A stretch of 64,000 nt of DNA from Thermoproteota archaeon (lineage in GTDB: Archaea > Korarchaeota > Korarchaeia > Korarchaeales > Korarchaeaceae), in NCBI GenBank assembly GCA_026986575.1, contig JALSOH010000004.1:288001-352000 (forward strand). Direction: 5' to 3'. A program made the position numbers and the translations under genes. The notes below the pieces were generated by a model. It saw only the letters and a list, made by a program, of their open reading frames with translations, searched no databases and was not told where the DNA came from. Positions 9,342 through 18,330 of this stretch are shown one piece after another (within the stretch, counting starts at the first letter, position 1; every line of letters begins with the position of its first letter).

Positions 9342-10742
9342 ATGTCAACTCCCGATGGGAAAATGAAGTTGTTCGACATGGAAGAGGGTGAGATAAGGAG
9401 AGCGCTCCGCGATGGTAAGATAAAAGTCTCGGTTTATGGATTGGGTCATGTCGGTTCCCCCATACTAGCGGCATGGCTCCAAGCGGGCGCTAGCGGTATA
9501 GGCGTGGATGTGGACGAGGGAAAGGTACTCAAACTCAACAGAGGGGAGTCTCCAGTTGATGAGCCCTGTCTCACAGATGTCTTCAGAAAAGCTTTAGAGG
9601 AGGGGAGGTTAAAAGCGACGAGTGATGGCGAATGGGCCTCTAGGGAAACTCACGTCAAGATAATAGCTGTTCCGACTCTAATAGATGATGAGGGGAAGCC
9701 GAACCTCGATGCTCTCAGGTCCGCAGCTGAGTCCATAGCCTCGGGACTCAAGGAAGGGGACCTAGTTATACTTGAGAGTAGCGTACCCCCTGGAACCACT
9801 AGAGAAGTTCTCAAACCTATTTTAGAAGAGCTAAGCGGGCTTCAAGCTGGAAAGGATTTCGGTCTTGCTTACAGTCCAGAGAGGATATCAGAGGGAAGGG
9901 CGCTGAGGGACATAGTAGAGTCCTATCCCAAGGTGGTGGGAGGTATCGATGCTAAAAGCACGGAAGTAGCGGCTAGTCTCTACTCGCTTGTAGTTAAAAG
10001 AGGGGTGATAAAGCTGTCAAGCGATTTAGCTGCGGAGCTCGAGAAGTTGGCCGAGGGGATCTACAGGGATGTAAACATAGCTTTGGCCAATGAGATAGCA
10101 GCCCTTTGCAGGAGGTTAGGTGTGGATTACGATGAGGTAAGGATGGCCGCCAATAGTCAACCCCATTCCCACCTACATAAACCAGGCACGGGAGTTGGAG
10201 GTTTGTGTATCCCTGTATACCCGAGATTCCTCATTTGGAAGGCTAAGGACCTAGGCATGGAACTTCCTTTAACTGCTATCGCCAGAACCATAAATGAGAA
10301 CATGCCTGCAGAGGTATCCCGTCTTGTCAGAGAGGGTATGAAAAGGCTCGGTATATCGGACCCTAAATTAGCGATCTTGGGGCTGGCTTTTAGAGGTGAC
10401 GTACCTGACTCACGTCTTTCCCCAACTTACGATCTGATAAACCACATGTTCTCAATGGGAATCAGGGAGATAGTTGTTCATGATCCTATGATAAGGGAGG
10501 ATGTCAAGCTTGATGAAATAGGGGTGCCCCTAACGAACGACTTAATCGAAGCTCTCGGGGGAGCCGACATTGCAGTGATATCCACCGATCACTCCGTTTA
10601 CCGAATGAAATCAAGCGAAATGTTTCAGCTGTCAGATAAGTTGAGGTTGATAGTGGATGGGAGGCATGTGATCGAGGTGGACTCTCTGCCCTCTGGAGTC
10701 CTGTATGTGGGGGTGGGGAGGCCTTGGAGGGAGGGCGGCTAG
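9342..10742 (+). CDS. Nucleotide-sugar 6-dehydrogenase (WecC/WbpA type)
   Basis: GLGHVG, AVPT, ESSVPPGTT, SPER, GVGGLCIP, GLAFR. Confidence 0.9.
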   Translation: MSTPDGKMKLFDMEEGEIRRALRDGKIKVSVYGLGHVGSPILAAWLQAGASGIGVDVDEGKVLKLNRGESPVDEPCLTDVFRKALEEGRLKATSDGEWASRETHVKIIAVPTLIDDEGKPNLDALRSAAESIASGLKEGDLVILESSVPPGTTREVLKPILEELSGLQAGKDFGLAYSPERISEGRALRDIVESYPKVVGGIDAKSTEVAASLYSLVVKRGVIKLSSDLAAELEKLAEGIYRDVNIALANEIAALCRRLGVDYDEVRMAANSQPHSHLHKPGTGVGGLCIPVYPRFLIWKAKDLGMELPLTAIARTINENMPAEVSRLVREGMKRLGISDPKLAILGLAFRGDVPDSRLSPTYDLINHMFSMGIREIVVHDPMIREDVKLDEIGVPLTNDLIEALGGADIAVISTDHSVYRMKSSEMFQLSDKLRLIVDGRHVIEVDSLPSGVLYVGVGRPWREGG

Positions 10743-11341
10743 CCTACTAGCCGCCTCACCAAGTTTATCGTGAACACTTCAACTAGGGAATCCATGGCTG
10801 ATAGTGCAAGCCAAGGATCTTTAGAAACGACAAATGCGCCGTGCCTCGATACCACAACGGCATTAACGTCTTTCAGTGCGTTAGATATGATCTCAGCCAA
10901 TTCCTCAGTACCGTATGGCTTCCAAGGTAGTATTTTCACATCTCTCAGCAGGATCCTCGCTTCTTCTGTCCAATCAAATTCCCTCAATGGAGCTGGAACC
11001 GCTCTATCGATCTCCAAATTCACCATGGACATCGCCAACCCAGTTACCACTGCATGATGACAGTGGAGGATCGCTCCCACATCTGGCCTGATCTCATAGA
11101 CCTTCAGATGAAGCTTCCACTCCGAGCTAGGCCTCCCTTTACCCTCTAAGACTCTTCCTTGATAATCAATCAGTATCATGTCCTCGGCCCTCAACCTTCC
11201 CTTGAATTGGCCCGAGGGGGTTATGAGTATCCCCTCGTCCACACGAGCGCTCGCATTCCCCCCCGCTCCAGTAGTATAACCCCTCTCATAAGCTAACTTC
11301 ATGACTTCAGCCAGTTCTGAGGCTCTACCAATAAGGTCCAT
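10739..11341 (-). CDS. Class II aldolase/adducin-family protein
   Basis: GGNASAR, ITPSG, PSSEWKLH, LHCH, RHG. Confidence 0.9.
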   Translation of the reverse strand: MDLIGRASELAEVMKLAYERGYTTGAGGNASARVDEGILITPSGQFKGRLRAEDMILIDYQGRVLEGKGRPSSEWKLHLKVYEIRPDVGAILHCHHAVVTGLAMSMVNLEIDRAVPAPLREFDWTEEARILLRDVKILPWKPYGTEELAEIISNALKDVNAVVVSRHGAFVVSKDPWLALSAMDSLVEVFTINLVRRLVG

Positions 11342-12020
11342 GATGGTACCTCTCCATCATCCAGAGCCTCCTCAAGTACCTAACCCTATGCCTGTAAGGA
11401 TACGCCATTAGGACCCCTGCTATGAATCCACCCACATGGGCCCAGTAGGCAACCCCAGTTGCCTCTCCAGCCAGCAGACCTGGAATGAGCTGCCATATGA
11501 ACCAGAACGTTATGTAATACTTAGCCGGTATGGGTTCAACCGTTATGAAATACCAAATGAGGATGGCCGTCATTATCCTAGCTTGGGGGAAGAAGACGAG
11601 ATAGGCCCCCAATACACCGCTTATCGCTCCACTGGCACCTACAGCCGGTATCTCTGATAGGGGGAATACTGCCATGTGGAGGAAGCTCGCAGCAACTCCA
11701 GATATGATGTAGAAAATCAGGTACTTGAGGTGGCCAAAGGCGGCCTCCACATTATCACCGAATATGTAGAGATAGAGCATGTTCCCCAACAAGTGGAGCC
11801 AACCTCCATGCATGAACATCGAGGTGAAGAGCCTGTACGCGTTGGAGGCAGGATCCTCAAGGAAGAACCTAGGGATGAACCCGTACTCGTAGATCAGCAA
11901 CTCGAACCTCACGGGTCCGCCAGCTATTTCCCAGAGGAAGACCAGCGCATTGAATAGGATCAATCCGTAAGTAACCCAAGGGGTTATTGGACTGGGATTC
12001 TCATCCTTAAAGGGGAACAA
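11325..12020 (-). CDS. Rhomboid intramembrane serine protease
   Basis: HGGWLHLLGNM, GASG, WAHVGG. Confidence 0.93.
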   Translation of the reverse strand: MFPFKDENPSPITPWVTYGLILFNALVFLWEIAGGPVRFELLIYEYGFIPRFFLEDPASNAYRLFTSMFMHGGWLHLLGNMLYLYIFGDNVEAAFGHLKYLIFYIISGVAASFLHMAVFPLSEIPAVGASGAISGVLGAYLVFFPQARIMTAILIWYFITVEPIPAKYYITFWFIWQLIPGLLAGEATGVAYWAHVGGFIAGVLMAYPYRHRVRYLRRLWMMERYHHGPYW

Positions 12021-12036
12021 GGGATCATCCTCCCGG

Positions 12037-12100
12037 AGGGCTCAGCTGACCCTCTTCTGGGCCATATACACCCTCTTGCCGAATACTCATCATGGCCCCT
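12037..12100 (-). ncRNA. Box C/D guide sRNA (candidate target 23S helix 69)
   Basis: Terminal stem GGGC/GCCC, perfect C box ATGATGA (12087-12093) and D box CTGA (12042-12045); D guide AAGAGGGTCAG antisense to CUGACCCUCUU. Confidence 0.75.
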
Positions 12101-12123
12101 TGGGAAAATTTGGGGAGAGGGGC

Positions 12124-12684
12124 TTAAACTTTTACCCCCTTGAGGAGAGACCCACCTATCTCCTTACCCTTATCCACCGCTCTCAAGTTCAAATCTATGA
12201 ATTGAGGCTTCACCATTCTCCTTATCGCTTCCTTCAAGTTTTCCAAGGGTATGATCCCGGAAACCGTGACGAAAACTCCAAGCATGAGCATGTTAGCCAC
12301 GAGCCTGTTGCCCAGCCTCTCAGCCTCATCGGTGGCGGGGATCTTGTAGATGGTCCTTACCTTACCTTCCACCGGATCGAAGTACTTTATCATCGAGGAG
12401 TCCGCCAAGATTATGGTCTTGTCCAATGGGTATCTCTTGGAGAAGGTGTTGAGAGACATTTGATTCATCGCTATCCAGTAATCCGGACTTATTATCTTAG
12501 GATAGTCAATTTCCTCGTCCGAGATGACCACTTCCGACCTCGTGGACCCCAATCTCGCCTCAGGCCCGTATGTGTAGGTGGCGGCCGCGTAGTAGTTGCT
12601 CAGTACTGAGGCTTGGGATAAAACCGCGCCGGATAACACTACTCCTTGACCACCGAAGCCCGAGATCATTACTTCAATCCTCAA
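12124..12684 (-). CDS. korG: 2-oxoacid:ferredoxin oxidoreductase gamma subunit
   Basis: SGFGGQG, YGPEARLG; start moved to TTG 12684 behind SD. Confidence 0.9.
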   Translation of the reverse strand: MRIEVMISGFGGQGVVLSGAVLSQASVLSNYYAAATYTYGPEARLGSTRSEVVISDEEIDYPKIISPDYWIAMNQMSLNTFSKRYPLDKTIILADSSMIKYFDPVEGKVRTIYKIPATDEAERLGNRLVANMLMLGVFVTVSGIIPLENLKEAIRRMVKPQFIDLNLRAVDKGKEIGGSLLKGVKV

Positions 12685-13021
12685 GCCACCACACCCCCTT
12701 CCTAACGACCTCATCCCTTTTCCTGACCCTTTCCAACCAGGGCTTCTCGTAATTCTCCTCTACCTCTAGAAGCACCTTCTCCTCCTTCTCGTCCACTATG
12801 ACTTGGAGTGCGAAATCCGGGCAGTACCATTCACAGAGTCTGCAGGCCCTGCACTGGTCTATTCTGGCGGCATAGGGCTTCTTCACCCCTCTCCAATTCC
12901 TTTCCTCGCTTATCTCTAGAACATCCCATGGGCAGGCCCATATACAGAGGTAACAGCCCTTGCAGAGTTTGTCGCTCACTGCTATCTGCTGCACCTTCAC
13001 CGGAGATGCCATCGACTTCAC
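12674..13021 (-). CDS. korD: 2-oxoacid:ferredoxin oxidoreductase delta subunit (2x[4Fe-4S])
   Basis: CKGCYLCIWACP and CRACRLCEWYCP. Confidence 0.88.
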   Translation of the reverse strand: MKSMASPVKVQQIAVSDKLCKGCYLCIWACPWDVLEISEERNWRGVKKPYAARIDQCRACRLCEWYCPDFALQVIVDEKEEKVLLEVEENYEKPWLERVRKRDEVVRKGVWWLED

Positions 13022-13869
13022 CTCCCCTTGCCCTTTGCCCTCTCCTCCAGCTCCCTCAGCCTCTCAGTGTACTCCTTTCTATCAGTCCGGTGCAGATACT
13101 CTCCTACTATGATCTTGCCCCTCAGCTCCTCAGGGCTCTTATTCTTCGCAACTCCCAAGGGGATAGAGTTCTCCTTGAACCACTGCATCATGTCCCTTGG
13201 ATCGGGACGATTTAGTATGTACCTGCCAGCGTAAGTGGGGCACTGAAACACTATCTCTATGGCAGCGAAACCCTTGTGCTTTACTGCCTTCTTTATGCTG
13301 TTTTTAGCTTGAATGAAATGATAAGTAGTCCATCTAGCCAGATACGTGGCTCCAGCAGCCTTCAAAAGTTCCATCAGGTCAAAGTTGGGTTCTATGTTAC
13401 CGTATGGTGTGGTGTTAGTCTTGGCTCCTTCTGGGGTGGTTGGAGACATCTGGCCACCGGTAAGGGAGTACAGCATGTTTGTAGCTATGATTGCGGTGAT
13501 TCCTATGTTCCTCCTTGCCGCATGGATCAAGTGGTTGCCTCCTATTCCCATGCTATCTCCATCCCCCATTACCACGATGACGTTTAGATCTGGCCTAGAC
13601 GCCTTCAGAGCAGTGGCGAAAGCTAGCGCCCTACCGTGTAGGGTATGAGCCGCGTCCCTCCTGAAGTAGAGGGGAGTCCAACCGGAGCACCCTATACCCG
13701 ACACGAAAACGGTCCTATCCCACTCCTCCTGTCCCAACTCCTCGAAAGCCATCAGGATCATCCTTTCAATGATGCCCAAGCCGCAACCGGGGCAGAAGGC
13801 ATGGGGCATGATCTCAGTTCTCATATACTTCTTAGCTAGGACATGCTCGAATTCTGCTTCAGGAAGCAT
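13018..13869 (-). CDS. korB: 2-oxoacid:ferredoxin oxidoreductase beta subunit
   Basis: FCPGCG, SGIGCSG, HGRA, GDGD...GGNH TPP motif. Confidence 0.93.
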   Translation of the reverse strand: MLPEAEFEHVLAKKYMRTEIMPHAFCPGCGLGIIERMILMAFEELGQEEWDRTVFVSGIGCSGWTPLYFRRDAAHTLHGRALAFATALKASRPDLNVIVVMGDGDSMGIGGNHLIHAARRNIGITAIIATNMLYSLTGGQMSPTTPEGAKTNTTPYGNIEPNFDLMELLKAAGATYLARWTTYHFIQAKNSIKKAVKHKGFAAIEIVFQCPTYAGRYILNRPDPRDMMQWFKENSIPLGVAKNKSPEELRGKIIVGEYLHRTDRKEYTERLRELEERAKGKGR

Positions 13870-13873
13870 AACA

Positions 13874-15031
13874 TCACCTCACAGCACTCTTTATCACAGC
13901 CAAAATTTCATCTGGATGGTGGAGCACTCCTCCCACCTTGGGTACCGACATCACCTTTGCCTGACCTTTGGAGGCCCTGTCCACCTCTCTTACGATCTTT
14001 CCCATGTTCATCTCAGGTACAATTATTGCCTTAACCTGATTGGCGGTCTCCTCTATGAGATGATCATAGAAGGGCCATAATGTGATCATCCTTATCAGAC
14101 CAGCCTTTATACCTTGGTTTCTAGCTTCTCTGACAGCTCTAAGGGCCGTTCTTGCCGTAGAACCGTAGGCAACGACGGCAACCTCAGCATCCTCCATATA
14201 TCTCTTCTCATACATAGCTATCTTGTCCACGTTCTTCTCAATCTTGTAATAGATCCTCTTTATCGTTCTCTCAGCGGCCACATGATCGGTCCCTATCCTG
14301 TGACCGAACTCGTCGTGCATCACGCTCTCCACCAGTACGTTATAACCCTCCCCGAATGCAGGCATGGGAGCCACCCACTCACCCGGATCTGGGAGATAAG
14401 GTATATATTCCTCCGGAGGGACACTGGGTCTCCTTCTCTCGACTATCTCTATCTCCTCGTATGGAGGGACCTTGACAGGTTCCCTGACGTGGGCGATCAC
14501 CTCATCTGCGAGTATTATCACGGGGTTCCTGTAAGTCTCAGCTAGGTTGAAGGCTTTGATGGCTAGATCAAACATGTCCTGAGCGCTAGACGGGGCTAGG
14601 GCTATGGTGGCGTAATCGCCGTGGCTACCCCACCTAGCCTGCATCACATCGCCTTGAGAGGGCAGGGTCACGAGCCCGGTAGAGGGCCCACCCCTCTGGA
14701 CATCCACTATCACGATGGGAGTCTCCGTGATTATCGCGTAACCAAGACCCTCCTGCATTAGGGAGTATCCCGGCCCGCTGGTAGCGGTCATGGACTTCCT
14801 TCCCGCCCAAGAAGCGCCGATGATCGCCATTATAGATGCCAACTCGTCCTCCATCTGCATGAACACTCCACCGACTTGGGGCATACGCCTAGACATCCTT
14901 TCAGCGATCTCTGTGGCTGGCGTAATCGGGTAACCGGCAAAAAACCGGCATCCTGCAATTAGTGCGCCCTCTACTATCGCTTCATCACCCTGCATTAGAT
15001 GGGTTCCAGGCTCGACATACAAGCCTAACAC
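13874..15031 (-). CDS. korA: 2-oxoacid:ferredoxin oxidoreductase alpha subunit
   Basis: AGYPITPATE, QMEDE, TATSGPG, QRGGPSTG. Confidence 0.93.
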   Translation of the reverse strand: MLGLYVEPGTHLMQGDEAIVEGALIAGCRFFAGYPITPATEIAERMSRRMPQVGGVFMQMEDELASIMAIIGASWAGRKSMTATSGPGYSLMQEGLGYAIITETPIVIVDVQRGGPSTGLVTLPSQGDVMQARWGSHGDYATIALAPSSAQDMFDLAIKAFNLAETYRNPVIILADEVIAHVREPVKVPPYEEIEIVERRRPSVPPEEYIPYLPDPGEWVAPMPAFGEGYNVLVESVMHDEFGHRIGTDHVAAERTIKRIYYKIEKNVDKIAMYEKRYMEDAEVAVVAYGSTARTALRAVREARNQGIKAGLIRMITLWPFYDHLIEETANQVKAIIVPEMNMGKIVREVDRASKGQAKVMSVPKVGGVLHHPDEILAVIKSAVR

Positions 15032-15072
15032 CGGCCGTAGCCCCTATCGAGTAGAAGAAAAATATAGCGCAT

Positions 15073-15561
15073 TTACCCCTTAATGAGCCTGCCCTCAGGA
15101 TCTATCTCTCCTGCTCTAATTCTATGAGATTTCAGAGGTGCGCCATCCTCGGCCAGAACGGTTGGCACTACAACTATGAAGAGTTCCCTCAGACCATTTC
15201 TCCTCCTCTCTTCATTTATCATGAGAGCTCTTTCATATGTCTCTGGTGATACGACTATTAGATCGGCCTCCTCATCGGTCCCCGCCGGACCTATCGGTTC
15301 AACGATTTTAACTATCTGAAAGGGTATATTTTTCCCAGTGAGGTAGCTGGTCAGCAGGGCCCTCCTCTCATCGAAGGGCAGTATCCTCTCCCTGAAAGCC
15401 TTCCCTGCCAGCAGGGGACCATCCGCCAGACCAACCATCAAGCTATCGGCCAGCTTAACGGCAGTATCTAGTAAAGCTCTGTGGCCCTTATGAAGTCTAT
15501 CGAATGCCCCACCGACTATAGCCTTCCTAAAAGGTTTCTCACAGCAGTCCCTACCTTCCAT
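15073..15561 (-). CDS. coaD: Phosphopantetheine adenylyltransferase (archaeal type)
   Basis: GGAFDRLHKGH, VVSPET, IRAGEIDPEG. Confidence 0.88.
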   Translation of the reverse strand: MEGRDCCEKPFRKAIVGGAFDRLHKGHRALLDTAVKLADSLMVGLADGPLLAGKAFRERILPFDERRALLTSYLTGKNIPFQIVKIVEPIGPAGTDEEADLIVVSPETYERALMINEERRRNGLRELFIVVVPTVLAEDGAPLKSHRIRAGEIDPEGRLIKG

Positions 15562-16169
15562 ACCTCGTATACCTCCTCAGTCTTCCCGTTCTCCAACACC
15601 TCAGCGCCGTTCTCGGTCATCCGCACCACGAACTTAACACGCGCTTTGATGGCCTCTCTTAATGACTCCTCCGAATTCAAGACATATATCGTTTTATGTG
15701 GGTCGAAATCTCCGGAGAACACGTTTTCCAGCGTATAATCCCCCCCAATCCAGGACTTGTGGATTAGATGGTGTATGTTCAATCTCAAGACCTTCTCCCA
15801 CTCCTTTACTGGATCTCCCCTAGAGAAAACACCAATCTTAAAACCGCTCTCTCTCGCAGCTAAGATGGCGTCTATTATTCCTGGAATTGGCTTCAGAAAC
15901 GCCCTTTTAACGTCATGGTACGCTATGACTCCGGCGGCGATGACCCTGTAATCCTCCTTCAGCCCAAGCTTGATCATCATCTCGTTAAAGTGGAACGGAT
16001 AATCCTCGCCTTTCTCCCTTACGACTTCCATTAAGGTTTCCATAGCCGTGTCAAAGTCCACTGGAAGACCGGCCTCCTTCATTGCGGTAATAGCCCATTC
16101 CCTAGCGATTCCCTTCAGCAGGTTAGAGTCGTATAGGACATTGTCGATCTCAAGTAAAAGGAGCTTCAT
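15516..16169 (-). CDS. HAD-superfamily hydrolase-like protein, degenerate
   Basis: Motif I reads LEIDNVL (E for the nucleophile D); cap domain like archaeal TIGR02253 HADs. Confidence 0.75.
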   Translation of the reverse strand: MKLLLLEIDNVLYDSNLLKGIAREWAITAMKEAGLPVDFDTAMETLMEVVREKGEDYPFHFNEMMIKLGLKEDYRVIAAGVIAYHDVKRAFLKPIPGIIDAILAARESGFKIGVFSRGDPVKEWEKVLRLNIHHLIHKSWIGGDYTLENVFSGDFDPHKTIYVLNSEESLREAIKARVKFVVRMTENGAEVLENGKTEEVYEVWKVGTAVRNLLGRL

Positions 16170-17188
16170 TCCCTCACCACCTTTGAGAGCTTCTCAGGCT
16201 TATCAGGATCCAGACCCTTTAAAATGGATGTCTCATAAGAGAGGAGCTGCATCGGTATGACCATTAACATAGGTGAGAATTCATACTCGGTGAGTGGCAA
16301 GGGGAAATCCCCATCCTCACCAACCAATAGGGGTTCACCCCCGAAAGACGACACCTTCTGCACGACCTCCATCACTTCCTTCCAATTGAGGAATATGACC
16401 GGTGTACCTCTATCTACCAGCTGAATGGGCCCATGAAGGAACTCCCTAGCGGCGTATCCGACATAGTGCAGATTAGAGGTCTCCCTGAGTTTCAGTGCCG
16501 CTTCCAGCGCTGTAGGATAGTTAGGACCTTTGCCGAGGACGAACCCCACTGGTTTCTCGGCTATCTTGGGTGCTAGATCGTGAGCGGGGGACCTTGATGC
16601 ATCTATGGAGCGAAGCACTTTATCCGGCAGAAGTTCGAGCTCGGTAATGAGGAGATCCACCTCTTTACCTTGGGTTGAGGCCAAGCTGACGGAGAGTAGG
16701 AAGGATGCCGCTAACTGCGTAGTGTAGCTCTTAGTGGCCGCAACAGCTCTCTCCTCACCGGCCCGGGTCAGGATCACTTGGTCCGATAGCTTAGCAAGAG
16801 TGCTATCTGGAGTATTGGTTATCCCAATTATAGGCGCGGCCGGATTCAACTCCCTAAATCTCCTAACTGCCGTCAGCACATCCTTGCTCTCCCCACTTTG
16901 GGAGAAGGCGACCAAGGCAGAATCTCCCAGGTCATTGGGTAGCCAGTCAGGCAGTTCAGAGGCTTGGATGGAGATCACCCGCAGGCCGGATATCTTCATC
17001 AGCGTTCTCCCTAGAACCAGGGATGCATGGTAGCTAGAACCGCTACCTGTCGTGTAGACGAATCTCTCCTTCAGGCGGCGGGCCGCCTCCATCGCCTCAC
17101 TCCTAGCCTCGTCTAATGTACGCCTTATCGCCTCTGGTTGATCTAAGATTTCAGATATCATGTACTGACCCGGTCTCTTCCCTTCCAT
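16166..17188 (-). CDS. Double-SIS protein (GlmS isomerase domain / glucosamine-6-P deaminase type)
   Basis: EILDQP, GSGSSYHA, SQSGE, AATKSY, EAALKLRE, EFLHGP, P..LSKVV. Confidence 0.88.
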   Translation of the reverse strand: MEGKRPGQYMISEILDQPEAIRRTLDEARSEAMEAARRLKERFVYTTGSGSSYHASLVLGRTLMKISGLRVISIQASELPDWLPNDLGDSALVAFSQSGESKDVLTAVRRFRELNPAAPIIGITNTPDSTLAKLSDQVILTRAGEERAVAATKSYTTQLAASFLLSVSLASTQGKEVDLLITELELLPDKVLRSIDASRSPAHDLAPKIAEKPVGFVLGKGPNYPTALEAALKLRETSNLHYVGYAAREFLHGPIQLVDRGTPVIFLNWKEVMEVVQKVSSFGGEPLLVGEDGDFPLPLTEYEFSPMLMVIPMQLLSYETSILKGLDPDKPEKLSKVVRE

Positions 17189-17247
17189 CGCGATGAGGCG
17201 CTTCGGCTAAGGATAAAGTTATTTACCTGCTAGCAGGGGTAGGTCAT

Positions 17248-18330
17248 ATGGACGAGGAAACGATCTCCTTCTTTTCTAGATTTTCCGAGGCTTTTGGTCC
17301 CTCTGGATTCGAGATGGAACCCCTGAGGATGCTCAAGGACAGGTATTCATCGTTTGCAGACGAGGTACTGACTGACAGGCTAGGTTCGCTCATAATGAAG
17401 AAGACCGGAACGAGCGATAGGCCTCGGATAATGGCGGCTGGCCACAGTGACGAGGTCGGCTTCATAATTGTCTCCATCGAGGACAACGGCTTCCTCAAGT
17501 TCGAGCCCTTAGGAGGCTGGGTCTCCACAACCTTACCCGCCCACAGAGTGGTCATAAGGACGAAGAAAGGGGATTACGTGGGAGTGATAACGAGCAAGCC
17601 CCCTCATCTCATGACCCCAGAGGAGAGAAAGAAACCCCTAGAGATAAAGGACCTCTACATCGATGTCTGCGCTAAGAACAAGGACCAAATAAAGGAGATG
17701 GGAATAAGGATAGGGGATCCCGTGGCGCCTCTAGCTCCGTTCGAGGTGCTAAGGGGCGGCAAAGCATGGTTGGGCAAGGCGTTCGACGATAGAGTGGGGG
17801 CATTCATAGTAATGGAGGCCCTCAAGAGGCTTAGAGAGGATGGAGTCCAGCACTCCAACACCTACTACGCGGTGGCAACCGTCCAGGAAGAAGTCGGTCT
17901 GAGGGGGGCTGAGACTGCAGCGGATGTGGTGGACCCAGACGTCTTTATAGCTGTTGACGTAGACATAGCAGGTGACTCTCCTGGCGTGTCTCCGAGTGAA
18001 GCTCCAGCTAAGATGGGTGAGGGCGTCTCGATACTGACTTGGGACAGGAGTATGATCCCTAACTCCCGCTTAAAGGAGTTCGTGATAGAAGTAGCGGAGG
18101 AGGAGAACATACCCTACCAGCTCTCTGCCGTTAGGGGAGGTACTGACGCTGGAAGGGTGCACCTACACAAGTACGGAGTTCCATCAATCGTACTAGGGGT
18201 TCCCACGAGGCACATTCATTCTCACAGCTCGATAATGTCTCCGGACGATGTGGAGTCCGCCATAAAGCTAGTAATGGCCCTGATCAGGAGGATGGATGAG
18301 GAGACTGTGAGGAGGTTCACGGGAATTTGA
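17248..18330 (+). CDS. M42 (TET) aminopeptidase
   Basis: GHSDEVG, KAFDDR, VQEEVGLRGA, GGTDAG, HIHS. Confidence 0.93.
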   Translation: MDEETISFFSRFSEAFGPSGFEMEPLRMLKDRYSSFADEVLTDRLGSLIMKKTGTSDRPRIMAAGHSDEVGFIIVSIEDNGFLKFEPLGGWVSTTLPAHRVVIRTKKGDYVGVITSKPPHLMTPEERKKPLEIKDLYIDVCAKNKDQIKEMGIRIGDPVAPLAPFEVLRGGKAWLGKAFDDRVGAFIVMEALKRLREDGVQHSNTYYAVATVQEEVGLRGAETAADVVDPDVFIAVDVDIAGDSPGVSPSEAPAKMGEGVSILTWDRSMIPNSRLKEFVIEVAEEENIPYQLSAVRGGTDAGRVHLHKYGVPSIVLGVPTRHIHSHSSIMSPDDVESAIKLVMALIRRMDEETVRRFTGI

